This document shows, piece by piece, positions 45,849 to 55,229 of a stretch of DNA of 64,000 nucleotides; positions within the stretch are counted from its first letter, which is position 1, and each line of letters opens with the position of its first letter. Under the pieces are notes generated by a model. It worked only from the letters and a program-made list of their open reading frames with translations, was not told the origin of the DNA and did no database searches. The DNA lies in contig CP066690.1 in assembly GCA_016432465.1 (NCBI GenBank), positions 122,702-186,701 on the forward strand, read 5' to 3'. Source of the stretch: Candidatus Sungiibacteriota bacterium. Lineage in GTDB: Bacteria; Patescibacteriota; Minisyncoccia; Sungbacterales; HO2-52-23. The position numbers and the translations under genes are program-made.

Positions 45849-47006
45849 TCATAATCTACTTAGCATGAAATTAAAAATATTATCACTTCTCCGCTCCCAG
45901 GAATACTTCTCCACTTCTTTTTGGGCGGCCAGTCCGCGCTTTTTTGCCTCTTCTTGGTGCTCTTCTATATAACGAACGGTATCCGCAATTGACCTCGCAT
46001 TGTCCGGCTCAAAAAAGAATACCAGTTCTTCGTCAACTATATCGCGGATGGAGGGAAGGTCGGAAGCGGCAATGGGGCGACCAGAGGCCATATATTCAAA
46101 AAGCTTCACCGGAGAGGTTTCGTACTTTGATTCCGGAAATTTAGCGCTATTGGGCAACACTAAAACATCCGCGGCCCTTTGCCAAAGTGGAATTTCTTTA
46201 TGCGGCCTTCTTCCTACAATAATTATATTATTAGATTTTAAGTTTAAAGTTTTAAGTCTAAAGTTCTTAATATCTTCATCCGTCCCTCCCACAAAATAAA
46301 CTACCTCATCCTCGCCCAGAAACTGGTGAGCATCAAAAAGAGTATCCACTCCCTTCCAGTCAAAAAGATGACCGGTATAAAGAATTATGGTGGAGTTCTC
46401 CGGTAAATTCAGGCTCCGGCGCGCTTCCTCACGAGAAACATCAATCCTAAACATACCCACGTCCACGGCATTGGGTTGATGCAGCATTCGCTCCTCGGTA
46501 ACTCTAAAATCCTGGTGGAGTTTTTTCATCTTAAGGCGGTTGGTCACGATAAAACCACTTATGGCAGAAAAAACCCAATTATTAACCTGACTCCTTCCCG
46601 ATTTATAGAAATCATGAATTTCTAAAAACATGGGTCTGCCCCAAAATTTAAGCAGCGCCGCGTCCCGAACATCGTGAAAATAAAAAACAACATCATCCCC
46701 AAGAACCCGAAACAATGCATACAAAAAAAGCGACAGGTTAAAAGTTGCCACCATCAAGATAAAAAATAAATTTCCGTGAAAAATTCCCGTAAGATCAAGA
46801 GACGGCAATCTTCTGATTACAAAATTGCGCTCTACGCCGTGATGCAAAAACGGATCCAGTTGCAAAAAGCCGCGGTTTTGACGCCACGGGACCCAGAGTT
46901 CAACCCCCAGACCCTTGCGAGCCAGCCCCTCGCAGGTTTTCATAATCAAGGGAGACATGGTTTTCTCGGAAGGGAACCGCCAATGAGAAATATATATGAT
47001 ACGCAT
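45849..47006 (-). CDS. Glycosyltransferase family 4
   Basis: PNAVD, YTG..KGVD, ADVLVLP, SPVKLFEYMASG; start ATG 47006. Confidence 0.93.
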   Translation of the reverse strand: MRIIYISHWRFPSEKTMSPLIMKTCEGLARKGLGVELWVPWRQNRGFLQLDPFLHHGVERNFVIRRLPSLDLTGIFHGNLFFILMVATFNLSLFLYALFRVLGDDVVFYFHDVRDAALLKFWGRPMFLEIHDFYKSGRSQVNNWVFSAISGFIVTNRLKMKKLHQDFRVTEERMLHQPNAVDVGMFRIDVSREEARRSLNLPENSTIILYTGHLFDWKGVDTLFDAHQFLGEDEVVYFVGGTDEDIKNFRLKTLNLKSNNIIIVGRRPHKEIPLWQRAADVLVLPNSAKFPESKYETSPVKLFEYMASGRPIAASDLPSIRDIVDEELVFFFEPDNARSIADTVRYIEEHQEEAKKRGLAAQKEVEKYSWERRSDNIFNFMLSRL

Positions 47007-47007
47007 G

Positions 47008-47796
47008 TTAAAATAGTTCCTTGACAATAAGAGACAGGAGACGAATCTCAAACTTGATACGCAACCACTCGTAACTCCAAGGCAGACGATAGCCGCGGCA
47101 GAAAAAAAGATTCCGCAAAAATCTGATAGTATAAGAAACTAATGTCCTTGTCTGATGCTTGATCAGTCGTAAAAGCTTTTTGGTATGAGCGCCCTCATAA
47201 ATTTTTCTCTCTAGAGGAATATAACGCTCCCAGCGCGCCTTAAGATGCTCCAAAGATTCCAATGGCACATATTCAAATCCGTTGATTATCCCAACCTGAA
47301 CCCCTTCTTTTAGTTCAATCCGCTCATGCACCGGCTTTATAAAGCTCTTGACCCAACCGCGGTGAAATAGCCGGATTTGTTGATTGGGATAGGTCATGGC
47401 ACAATCCACCACCTTTCCATCTAAAACATATTTTCGCGGCTGCCAAAAGGCATAGACGCGCGGTGCGGGACTAGTCGTAATAGAACGAATATCGGCAACC
47501 GCTTCAGGCGAGAGGTATTCGTCCGAATCAATAAACATAAACCAATCATGGCTTGCCAGACGCAGCCCCTTATTACGAACTTCCGAATAATCTTTTATAG
47601 CGACATTCGGCTCGTCGGTATCATACTGTTTATAAATTCTGCAACCGTAACGCTGTGCAATCTCGAGTGTTTTATCTATACTGTTACCGTCCAAAATAAT
47701 AATCTCGGCAAGGTCCTTCACGGATTCCAAACAGCGCTCCAGAGTTAGCGCTGAATTTCTTGTAAGAATTTCTACGGAACAAGGAATTTTGTCCAT
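47008..47796 (-). CDS. Glycosyltransferase family 2 (WaaE/KdtX-like)
   Basis: CLESV, DGNSIDKT, RN, IDSDE, RLF, VHE. Confidence 0.9.
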   Translation of the reverse strand: MDKIPCSVEILTRNSALTLERCLESVKDLAEIIILDGNSIDKTLEIAQRYGCRIYKQYDTDEPNVAIKDYSEVRNKGLRLASHDWFMFIDSDEYLSPEAVADIRSITTSPAPRVYAFWQPRKYVLDGKVVDCAMTYPNQQIRLFHRGWVKSFIKPVHERIELKEGVQVGIINGFEYVPLESLEHLKARWERYIPLERKIYEGAHTKKLLRLIKHQTRTLVSYTIRFLRNLFFCRGYRLPWSYEWLRIKFEIRLLSLIVKELF

Positions 47797-47936
47797 AATA
47801 GTATCTTGATATAGAACGAAGGGCGACGAGGCAAGGTTGTAGATGATTGAAGTCGAACTTCACTCATAGTAGCCGTAACCGCAGGTATCTTAATTTACTA
47901 TCCACAGATACTATACAAAATATTTTTGGAATTGAG

Positions 47937-47967
47937 AACGCCGCACGGAATAAACACGTGCGGCGTT
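47937..47967 (-). other. 11-bp perfect stem-loop 23 nt after the corrected stop (DGR cruciform-like, or terminator)
   Basis: AACGCCGCACG-GAATAAACA-CGTGCGGCGTT. Confidence 0.65.
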
Positions 47968-47990
47968 GAAATTTCCCAAGGATCAAAGAG

Positions 47991-48580
47991 CTATTCACGA
48001 GGGCGGAGGAGACGGCCAAGGGGTCCCCAGCCGCTCCTGAGCCGAGAAGGCCAATGTAAAATCCACTGCCCGCCGAGCCAGCCGAGGCACGCGACGCAGG
48101 GGTAGCCGCTCGGGCGCCGCCAAACCGTCCCGGGGAAAACCAGGTAGTACTGAGGAACTCCGCGGGGATCTCCTCCTGATGCTCCAGGAGGAACTCCGCA
48201 TCTTCCTGCCCCAGATGCGTGCCGAGCTCGTAGCGCGCCCGGCCGATCAGGTCGTAGCCTTGAATCGAGCTCTCACCCGGCCGAAGAAACGGGACGAGCT
48301 CGAGATTAACGCCAGAAGTGATGCTCTGCGAGACATGCTCAATTAGATCCCAGTTCTCCTTCCGCTTATCATAGCGGAAGTTGAGCTTTTTGCTCCTCTG
48401 CGAGATGACCCCAAACGGATTACGGTGTTCGGTCATCGCCTGCAGTTGATCAAGGCTGAGTCCCTTGGTGGGATCCTGCAGGCCCCGAATCAACTGTTGA
48501 TCAATTTCGGAGAATACCCTTCTCCGCTTCTCGAGCCAGCCCGGCATCTGATCCGGGCTCACGACGACGATTTTACCCAT
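47991..48580 (-). pseudogene. Frameshifted putative DGR variable (target) protein
   Basis: Restoring one base near 48153-48154 gives ...EIPAEF(x)QYYLVFPGTVWRRPSGYPCVACLGWLGGQWILHWPSRLRSGWGPLGRLLRPRE* ending at TAG 47991-47993; SD AAGGAG upstream. Confidence 0.7.
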
Positions 48581-48701
48581 CGCCGTTTCTCCTTTCTCCC
48601 CGCCTCCAGCGGGCTTTTGGCCTCGCCTTGTCCCGCACCATGCGGGATTTCGGCAGGCCTGTTTCGTATATCCTTATTATACACTTCTTATACACCAAAA
48701 C

Positions 48702-50405
48702 CTATTTTTTTGCAAGGTACGGACCAATAGCTAAATAATCAACGTCTGTCTTTTTGAAAAACAACACAGCTTCTTCCGGAGTATTTACAATTGGCTCGCC
48801 TTTGACGTTTAGGGAGGTATTAAGCACAACCGGCACGCCGGTCTTTTGGAAAAAATACTCAATCATTTTTGCGTACAGAGGATTTGTTGCGTGAAAAACT
48901 TCTTGTGGCCGGACAGTATTATCTACGTGACATACTGCCGTAATTTTTTCCCGCCATTCGGGCTTTACGGAAAAAGACATAACCATATAAGGAGATGGCA
49001 TATAATGTTCCAGAAACTCCTCCCCGTGTCCCTCCAAAAATGAAGGACAAAAAGGACGGAAGGGTTCACGGAATTTTACTTTGGCGTTAATTATATCCTT
49101 CATCTGGGCGGTCCTCGGGTCGGCGAGCACGGAACGAGAACCCAAGGCGCGGGGACCAAATTCCATCCTGCCCTGAAACCAAGCCACAATTTTCTTCTGC
49201 GACAAAAGGTTGACAACCTCATCCGCAATATCGTCTGATTTTTTATAATTAAGACCGCTTCTGGCAAGGGACTTTTCTATTTCGGCTTGAGAATATTCTG
49301 GCCCAAGATAAAGATGCCGCAACGGCTCCGGATGCCTGCCTGTTTTTTGATAATAAAGAAGCCAAGCCGCTCCAAAAACATTACCCATATCTCCGGCTGC
49401 GGGCTGTATCCACATATTTTTTACCAGCCCAGATTCCCAGATGGCTTTATTCATTTTGACGTTTAGAGCAACGCCGCCGGCCAGACATAAACTTTCAGCT
49501 TTTAGCTTATAGCTTTTAGCTGTCAGCAGAAGCTCCCGTACGTAATAAAGCGTCGCTTTTTCCAGACGATCTTGCAAAGTCGCGGCAATATCGGTGTTGG
49601 GCTGCGGCGGCGTATCCTCCTGATACTCTCTGTTGATATTCGGAAATCGGGCCTCCAAGCTGCGGATGGAAAAAGGATAAAGCGAATAGCGGGTGTTAAT
49701 TCTCACGCCCCTATCGCCCACTGAAATTACGTCATCCATCTCGTAGACAGCTTTTCCGTAGGGCGCAAGCCCCATTACTTTGTATTCGCCATCATTTATA
49801 CGAAATCCCAAAAAATCGGTGATGGAGCCGTAAAGATAGCCGAGGGAATTAAAAATGCCGTAGCGCTTAAGCAGTTTAAGACCTCCGCCCTTCCCGTACC
49901 ACATAGAGATGGACGTCGCCTCGCCCTTGCCATCCATACATAAAATCGCTGCCTCATCAAACCCGGAACCATAATAGGCCGAAGCGGCATGGCACAAATG
50001 GTGGTCAAAAGAATAAACTTTCCGCGCTCTAACCCCCATAACTTCAAAAATCCGCTTATACGAGGCTAAGCCTCGTAGTGCCGAGAATAAACCCTGTACC
50101 TGTACCTTCACTAAAGCGAACATATAGCGAAGTTCGGTAAAATTCCGTGGTGGACGCATTAAAAAATACCAGCCCACCTTAAGAAACGTGGAGAAGTTTT
50201 TGGCACGCGCAAAAACAATATAATCCACCTCGTCCAGGGTTAAATTACGCGTGGAAAGACAGTAGCGAATGGATTTTTCCGGGAAAAAATCGGCGGCATG
50301 CTTCACCCGATTAAATCTCTCTTCCTCCACCGCCGCAATGATTTTCCCGTCCTCCAAAAGACAGGCAGCAGGGTCGTGTCCGGTTTTAAAACTTAGTATA
50401 CGCAT
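48702..50405 (-). CDS. Carbamoyltransferase (NodU/CmcH family), second paralog
   Basis: HDPAA, EEERFNR.KH, HHLCHA, DGKGE, EYKVMGLAPYG, GGVALNVK, EFGPRALG.RS, KFRE.FRPF, NTSLN. Confidence 0.95.
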   Translation of the reverse strand: MRILSFKTGHDPAACLLEDGKIIAAVEEERFNRVKHAADFFPEKSIRYCLSTRNLTLDEVDYIVFARAKNFSTFLKVGWYFLMRPPRNFTELRYMFALVKVQVQGLFSALRGLASYKRIFEVMGVRARKVYSFDHHLCHAASAYYGSGFDEAAILCMDGKGEATSISMWYGKGGGLKLLKRYGIFNSLGYLYGSITDFLGFRINDGEYKVMGLAPYGKAVYEMDDVISVGDRGVRINTRYSLYPFSIRSLEARFPNINREYQEDTPPQPNTDIAATLQDRLEKATLYYVRELLLTAKSYKLKAESLCLAGGVALNVKMNKAIWESGLVKNMWIQPAAGDMGNVFGAAWLLYYQKTGRHPEPLRHLYLGPEYSQAEIEKSLARSGLNYKKSDDIADEVVNLLSQKKIVAWFQGRMEFGPRALGSRSVLADPRTAQMKDIINAKVKFREPFRPFCPSFLEGHGEEFLEHYMPSPYMVMSFSVKPEWREKITAVCHVDNTVRPQEVFHATNPLYAKMIEYFFQKTGVPVVLNTSLNVKGEPIVNTPEEAVLFFKKTDVDYLAIGPYLAKK

Positions 50406-51423
50406 TGATTATTTTCTGAATAGTATTTTCTAAACCATGCTTTTCTTCCACCAACCTGCGCAGTGTCAAATTGGGACGAGGCTCATCCGCAAGTATTTTT
50501 ATGTGCTCGGCCAGAAACTCCGGACTTCTGGTCTCAAGGAAATACGTCTCTGGCAGCAGAGATTTGAAAGCTTCGTTGGCCGTAATAATCGTAAGACCAG
50601 AGGACATAGCTTCCAGCACCGATTTGTCCATAGACCCCGTGGTGGACATAGAAATAAAAATATCGTGATCAAGATAAGCCGAAGGAACCTCGTTGTATGG
50701 TATAGAACCGTGAAAGCTAACGTAGTGTTCTAGTTGTTTTTCTTTTACCATCTTTTTAAGCGACTCCAAATAGTCATTATCACGCGGCATAAGCGGACCG
50801 CCAACAATAGAAAGAGTCCAAGCTCTCTGCCATGTATTTTTTAAAACTTCACAGGCGCGAATGGCAGTCTCAATATCTTTAACCGGTGAAATCCGGCCCA
50901 AAATCAAAAGTCGTATTCCAGAACTGGAAACTGGGAATTGGGAATTGGGAATTGGCCGGAACGTTCCCGTATCAATCGCGTGTCCGGTGTACAAGACCCT
51001 TAGAGAGGGCAGACGAAAACTTAACTCCGAAGCAGTAAAAATCCAATCCACCATACGTTCCGCCCACCTTAGAGTCGGGGTAACGCTTTTATGCACATAC
51101 CATAGCCCGCTCGGCTTTTTTAGTGACACAAGAAATGGGGCCGCCGCCATTACGTATTCTGGAATCATATGAAAAAAAACCGCATCGGTACGTGCGTAGT
51201 GATACGAGAAAAGCTCCCAAAATTTCCAAAGTTTTGCAATCCTTGAGTTTCTTTTCCCGAAGGTAAAGACTGAAACGTTTTTGGGGAGTGAGTGTACTCC
51301 TTCTTGCAGGGCAATCACTCGTACCCCATCCGTGAACTTGGCAAACTCTTCCAGCCATCGGTGAAAAAATCCGAGATTCTCGTCATTTTTATCTACTTTT
51401 TGAGTTACCACCAGTAGCCTCAT
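50386..51423 (-). CDS. Glycosyltransferase family 4
   Basis: GHAID, GRISPVK, GSMDKSVLEAM; leaderless start (TATAAT 6 nt before ATG). Confidence 0.9.
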   Translation of the reverse strand: MRLLVVTQKVDKNDENLGFFHRWLEEFAKFTDGVRVIALQEGVHSLPKNVSVFTFGKRNSRIAKLWKFWELFSYHYARTDAVFFHMIPEYVMAAAPFLVSLKKPSGLWYVHKSVTPTLRWAERMVDWIFTASELSFRLPSLRVLYTGHAIDTGTFRPIPNSQFPVSSSGIRLLILGRISPVKDIETAIRACEVLKNTWQRAWTLSIVGGPLMPRDNDYLESLKKMVKEKQLEHYVSFHGSIPYNEVPSAYLDHDIFISMSTTGSMDKSVLEAMSSGLTIITANEAFKSLLPETYFLETRSPEFLAEHIKILADEPRPNLTLRRLVEEKHGLENTIQKIINAYTKF

Positions 51424-51511
51424 GCCGATATTATACGAATTTCTCTCTTAAATTAAAATGGCGGCACTCATAACCGCCGCGGGTCCAAAAAATACCCAAT
51501 GAAGAAGCCTT

Positions 51512-52189
51512 TTAGTATTCCACACTCTCTTTGCCGGTCATTAAATCAACGGAGTGAACGTGCGGAAGTGCGGAAAGAGAAGAAACAACCCTTTCAGGAC
51601 CCAGGCCCTCGGCAAGTTCAACCGCCAAAGAATATTCCATCTCCTCACCGGAAGACTTTATATGTAACACATGGTAAGTAACACCCAACGATCGGAAAAG
51701 TTCATTAAGCTTTATGGGATCAAACGCGCTGCCGGCCTGAAGCATGATAAGGTATCCTGTCCGAAAGGCCGCACCCAGACGCTTACGATGAACCACTAAA
51801 AGTGCTATGGCAATAAAAGTAAGGGCAATGCCGGCAATAGCATAATTGCCGGTGCCAATGGCCACTCCTTCTACCAGAGCGAAAAAAACATAAGCTACGT
51901 CTTTAGTATCTTTTACAATAGTGCGAAATCTTATCATGGAAAAAGCACCCAGCAGAGCAAAAGCACCGATCAAATTCTCTTGTACCACCATCATAACTAC
52001 CGAGCCCAGAGTACAAACCATCATCAGGGTCACTACAAAAGAACGCGAATAAGAAAGTCCGCGGTGGGTTTTACGATATACCCCAACAATCACCGCTGCG
52101 GCTGCAAAAGACAATAAAATATTCAGCACAATTACGGCGGCATTAAGTTCAGTGGAGGTTAAGTTGTAGAAATTTTGCATCGAAGGCAT
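51512..52189 (-). CDS. DUF4956-family membrane protein
   Basis: AFALLGAFSMIRFRT.VKD..D..YVF.AL..G.A.G.G signature; next to VTC. Confidence 0.85.
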   Translation of the reverse strand: MPSMQNFYNLTSTELNAAVIVLNILLSFAAAAVIVGVYRKTHRGLSYSRSFVVTLMMVCTLGSVVMMVVQENLIGAFALLGAFSMIRFRTIVKDTKDVAYVFFALVEGVAIGTGNYAIAGIALTFIAIALLVVHRKRLGAAFRTGYLIMLQAGSAFDPIKLNELFRSLGVTYHVLHIKSSGEEMEYSLAVELAEGLGPERVVSSLSALPHVHSVDLMTGKESVEY

Positions 52190-52206
52190 AATTAATATCT
52201 GAAAAC

Positions 52207-52935
52207 TTATCTTGGCATGGGGTGGAACGATCGTAACGCCTCCATGGCGCGGCCATATTTGGAAATACTAATTCGTTCCAGCTCCAAAAATTTAATAAGA
52301 GTTCCGAACCAAGCAGGAAGATTCTTAACAAATTTCACCTCCATAATAACCATATTTTGCTCAATCGGAACCCACGAGAAAGGATACCATAAATCGGGTT
52401 TTGCGCAAGTCTGAAGCCCGGAATCAAAAGTAATACGGAGGAGCTCACCAGCATAAAATCCTACATAAGGGCGGCGCTGATACTTAACAAGGAGCAACGG
52501 TTTACGGCACCCCATGATTATTTTGGAAAGTATGGCCTCGCCTTCCTGCCGGTATTCGTGACCGGACAAAGACTGAAAAAAAGAAGGAGCTCCTGCCTTA
52601 AGTAACTTCTCAAAATCAGAGCGTCCCAAACGGATCCTGGTTTTTCTCGTCAGGGCATCAAAACGCTCTTTGGCTTCGAGCCAAATTTCATTCGTGTTCT
52701 CGGTGATCCGGGGCGCATAAATCCTGGCCCGAACCTTAGTACGATGTAGAAACCCACCACTTTTATCGTAGTAATCGCTCTTGGGCGGGGTGTCAAAATA
52801 AAGACTCGTGACAGTATACTCCCCTGCCTGCGCATTAGTATCAGGCTTCAATCCTACAGACTGAATAAAACGCTCCGCGCGCCGCGCGGCTACGGGATCA
52901 ATAAGGTATTTAAACTCAAAACGATACTTGGTCAT
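52207..52935 (-). CDS. VTC-domain (polyphosphate polymerase-like) protein
   Basis: RFEFKY, SLYFDT, K.R.R.Y, LE.K, Y.R, RITFD, EVKF, SKY. Confidence 0.9.
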   Translation of the reverse strand: MTKYRFEFKYLIDPVAARRAERFIQSVGLKPDTNAQAGEYTVTSLYFDTPPKSDYYDKSGGFLHRTKVRARIYAPRITENTNEIWLEAKERFDALTRKTRIRLGRSDFEKLLKAGAPSFFQSLSGHEYRQEGEAILSKIIMGCRKPLLLVKYQRRPYVGFYAGELLRITFDSGLQTCAKPDLWYPFSWVPIEQNMVIMEVKFVKNLPAWFGTLIKFLELERISISKYGRAMEALRSFHPMPR

Positions 52936-55208
52936 GGCCTTAAAGGAGTAGCAACCTCAATTTGAGAGCGCCCATCGCTTTTAATATCTTCCTTATTTTT
53001 TAGAAAAGTCGGATTTATCACCAGCGCGTAACCGCCGCCAAATTCATGTTTTTTTTGATAGGCGGAGATGGCAACATCGTCCTCCTTAAAAATATTGGAA
53101 AAAATACGGGCGCGGCTTGAGTCTTTAACCGCTACTCCCACGGAACAGGAAGTAATTACGTTTTTGATAATAATCGGCCGCGAGGCCTCACCCACACTAA
53201 TTCCTTTATCAGCGCAGCCAAGAATAATATTTCTTTGAATCAAAACCTGCGAAAAACTTAGATCAATAGCATCCCCGCCGGTCTCTTTTGTGCCCAAGGG
53301 GGAGGCAAAGGTGTTATCTTCCACAATGCTAGTCGCATCCACGGCGTCAAAGTCAAGAGCATCGGAATTTGTCTTGAAAAAGGTGGAGCGACGTATTATG
53401 GCCCGGCCGTATTTTACATTAATTGCATCGTCATCATGCGAGTCAGAAAAAATACTTTGAGAAACCTCAAGATCACTATCGTGTACTGCCAACATACCCG
53501 TGGCTCTGATACCGTTTATCTCAACACCTGATCCTCCGGAAACTTGAGCAAACTCAACCCTGCTGGGAGTTTTACTATTATTAAGTATCAAAATAGAGCC
53601 CCATGGTTTTTGCGCATCCAGAGCCGCAACAATGACTGGTGCGCCGCTGCTACCCACGATCTCCACCGGACCGTAGGAAACTAAGGATACCCCTTCACCC
53701 AGCAGTAGCGTTGTTCCCGCATTTATACGAAGTGTAACGCCCGCAGGGATGATCGTAGTCTCGGTAATAATTGTAGTTCCGGTGCCAAGTGAAACCGTCT
53801 TTTCATCAAGCGCATAAAACCGGGGATTATAGGCCAAAAACTCTATCAGGCTTCGGCTGATTTCTGGAAAACGTGCAAATTCGGTAGGCATAACTAAACT
53901 GCCGGTTTTTTGCAAAAAATACGGCGGTGACACTCGCCCCAAAAAAGCCGTGGCTTTTTGAAAATTACTTTCCGTAAGATCGCGTAACCTGCTTATCTCG
54001 CTCAAATACTTCAGATTGCTGTGAAATTTTAGAGAGTCGCTCAAAAATTCAGGTTTCATGCGTCTTGCTAAACTATCATAAAAGGCAAGATCGTCGCGCA
54101 GGTTATCTTCGTTAAGATAGCTCTTTAGAACCTCGTCGCGCTCTTTACGAAATTCCGGGATGGAAAAGACGCGGCTGGCAAGTTTCTCCGCTGCCTCGTC
54201 CCGCAGATACTCACCCATTTCCATACCCATGTCAAAAGGTACTGTCTCAAATTTTCCGGTGGCGGTATTAAAAATAACAATCAGGTTTGCTGCCTCCCAC
54301 TGATGAGCGCTGTCAGCCAGCGCCCGCAGCGCATGCCAAGCATAAAACTTAGGTAAATCAATAATATGCGGTATGAGTTTAGTGAACATGGTATCATCGG
54401 TCTTTTCAATAATCTCAACTAAAGCTTCCAGTTCCGGAAACGACTTTGTGTTATTTTGGGTATAACTCTTCCAGCGGCGCAATCCTTCCCTGGAAAAAAG
54501 CGGGGCAGTATCTTCAAAAAGGCCGGGTTTTCCGTCATCAACCGCAAGAATATGGGAAGTATCGGGAAGGCCGGAACGCGAAAGCCAACGATTGGACCAC
54601 TGCTCCCAAGCCATATAAACGCCTGCATCCCAACCGTTTATTTTCAGCCGCACAAACCAAATATCCGGCACGTTAAGTCCCAATTTACGAGCACGGTAGG
54701 CGTTTAAAAGTTCTATAAAATAGAGCCGATCATAGGGAATCACCAAATTCAGACCCTTCATGCCTTGAAAACGAGACTCTTTAGAAAAATTTATCCGCCA
54801 GGACTTCTGCGCTGCCGCCCAATGGTTATTTTTAAAACCCCTATACCTTAGTTCTACCCGCTCCCTAAAATCTCCGGCAGCAAAGTCGGCTTTAACCCTT
54901 ACCCGATTATCATCAAGAAGCGGCGCCCCAAAAGGGTCAGGAAGACCGGCGTTTAAGGTGGCAAGATCCTGCTTTTTTATAACAAGCTTGTAAACAGGGA
55001 GCCGGGTTTTGTAGAAAAAATACGGGGAAAACACTAAATCAGGAAGTTTGCGCACCGACCTGTAGGTTGGCACCAATTGCTGAAACATCGGGCTTTGTAT
55101 CAAACGATAACGAAGTGATTCTGATTTTATAACAATAAGTCCGGCCACAAATATAAGGACAAGAAGGAGGACTGATATTTTTTGATTTTTATAAACCGAC
55201 GCAAACAT
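52932..55208 (-). CDS. CotH-family kinase with C-terminal right-handed beta-helix
   Basis: N-terminal TM; RYRG..HW..KSWRI, L.ING..GVY..E, H..N..F..P.D; repeats DDAIN, DALDFD, DAIDLS, DKGISVGE. Confidence 0.8.
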   Translation of the reverse strand: MFASVYKNQKISVLLLVLIFVAGLIVIKSESLRYRLIQSPMFQQLVPTYRSVRKLPDLVFSPYFFYKTRLPVYKLVIKKQDLATLNAGLPDPFGAPLLDDNRVRVKADFAAGDFRERVELRYRGFKNNHWAAAQKSWRINFSKESRFQGMKGLNLVIPYDRLYFIELLNAYRARKLGLNVPDIWFVRLKINGWDAGVYMAWEQWSNRWLSRSGLPDTSHILAVDDGKPGLFEDTAPLFSREGLRRWKSYTQNNTKSFPELEALVEIIEKTDDTMFTKLIPHIIDLPKFYAWHALRALADSAHQWEAANLIVIFNTATGKFETVPFDMGMEMGEYLRDEAAEKLASRVFSIPEFRKERDEVLKSYLNEDNLRDDLAFYDSLARRMKPEFLSDSLKFHSNLKYLSEISRLRDLTESNFQKATAFLGRVSPPYFLQKTGSLVMPTEFARFPEISRSLIEFLAYNPRFYALDEKTVSLGTGTTIITETTIIPAGVTLRINAGTTLLLGEGVSLVSYGPVEIVGSSGAPVIVAALDAQKPWGSILILNNSKTPSRVEFAQVSGGSGVEINGIRATGMLAVHDSDLEVSQSIFSDSHDDDAINVKYGRAIIRRSTFFKTNSDALDFDAVDATSIVEDNTFASPLGTKETGGDAIDLSFSQVLIQRNIILGCADKGISVGEASRPIIIKNVITSCSVGVAVKDSSRARIFSNIFKEDDVAISAYQKKHEFGGGYALVINPTFLKNKEDIKSDGRSQIEVATPLRP

Positions 55209-55229
55209 ATTGAGGTCTATCTTATAACT

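Noticed and set aside
47864-48153. C-terminus of the 238-aa ORF as given in the track
   Set aside because: Low-complexity out-of-frame tail after the frameshift; runs through the hairpin
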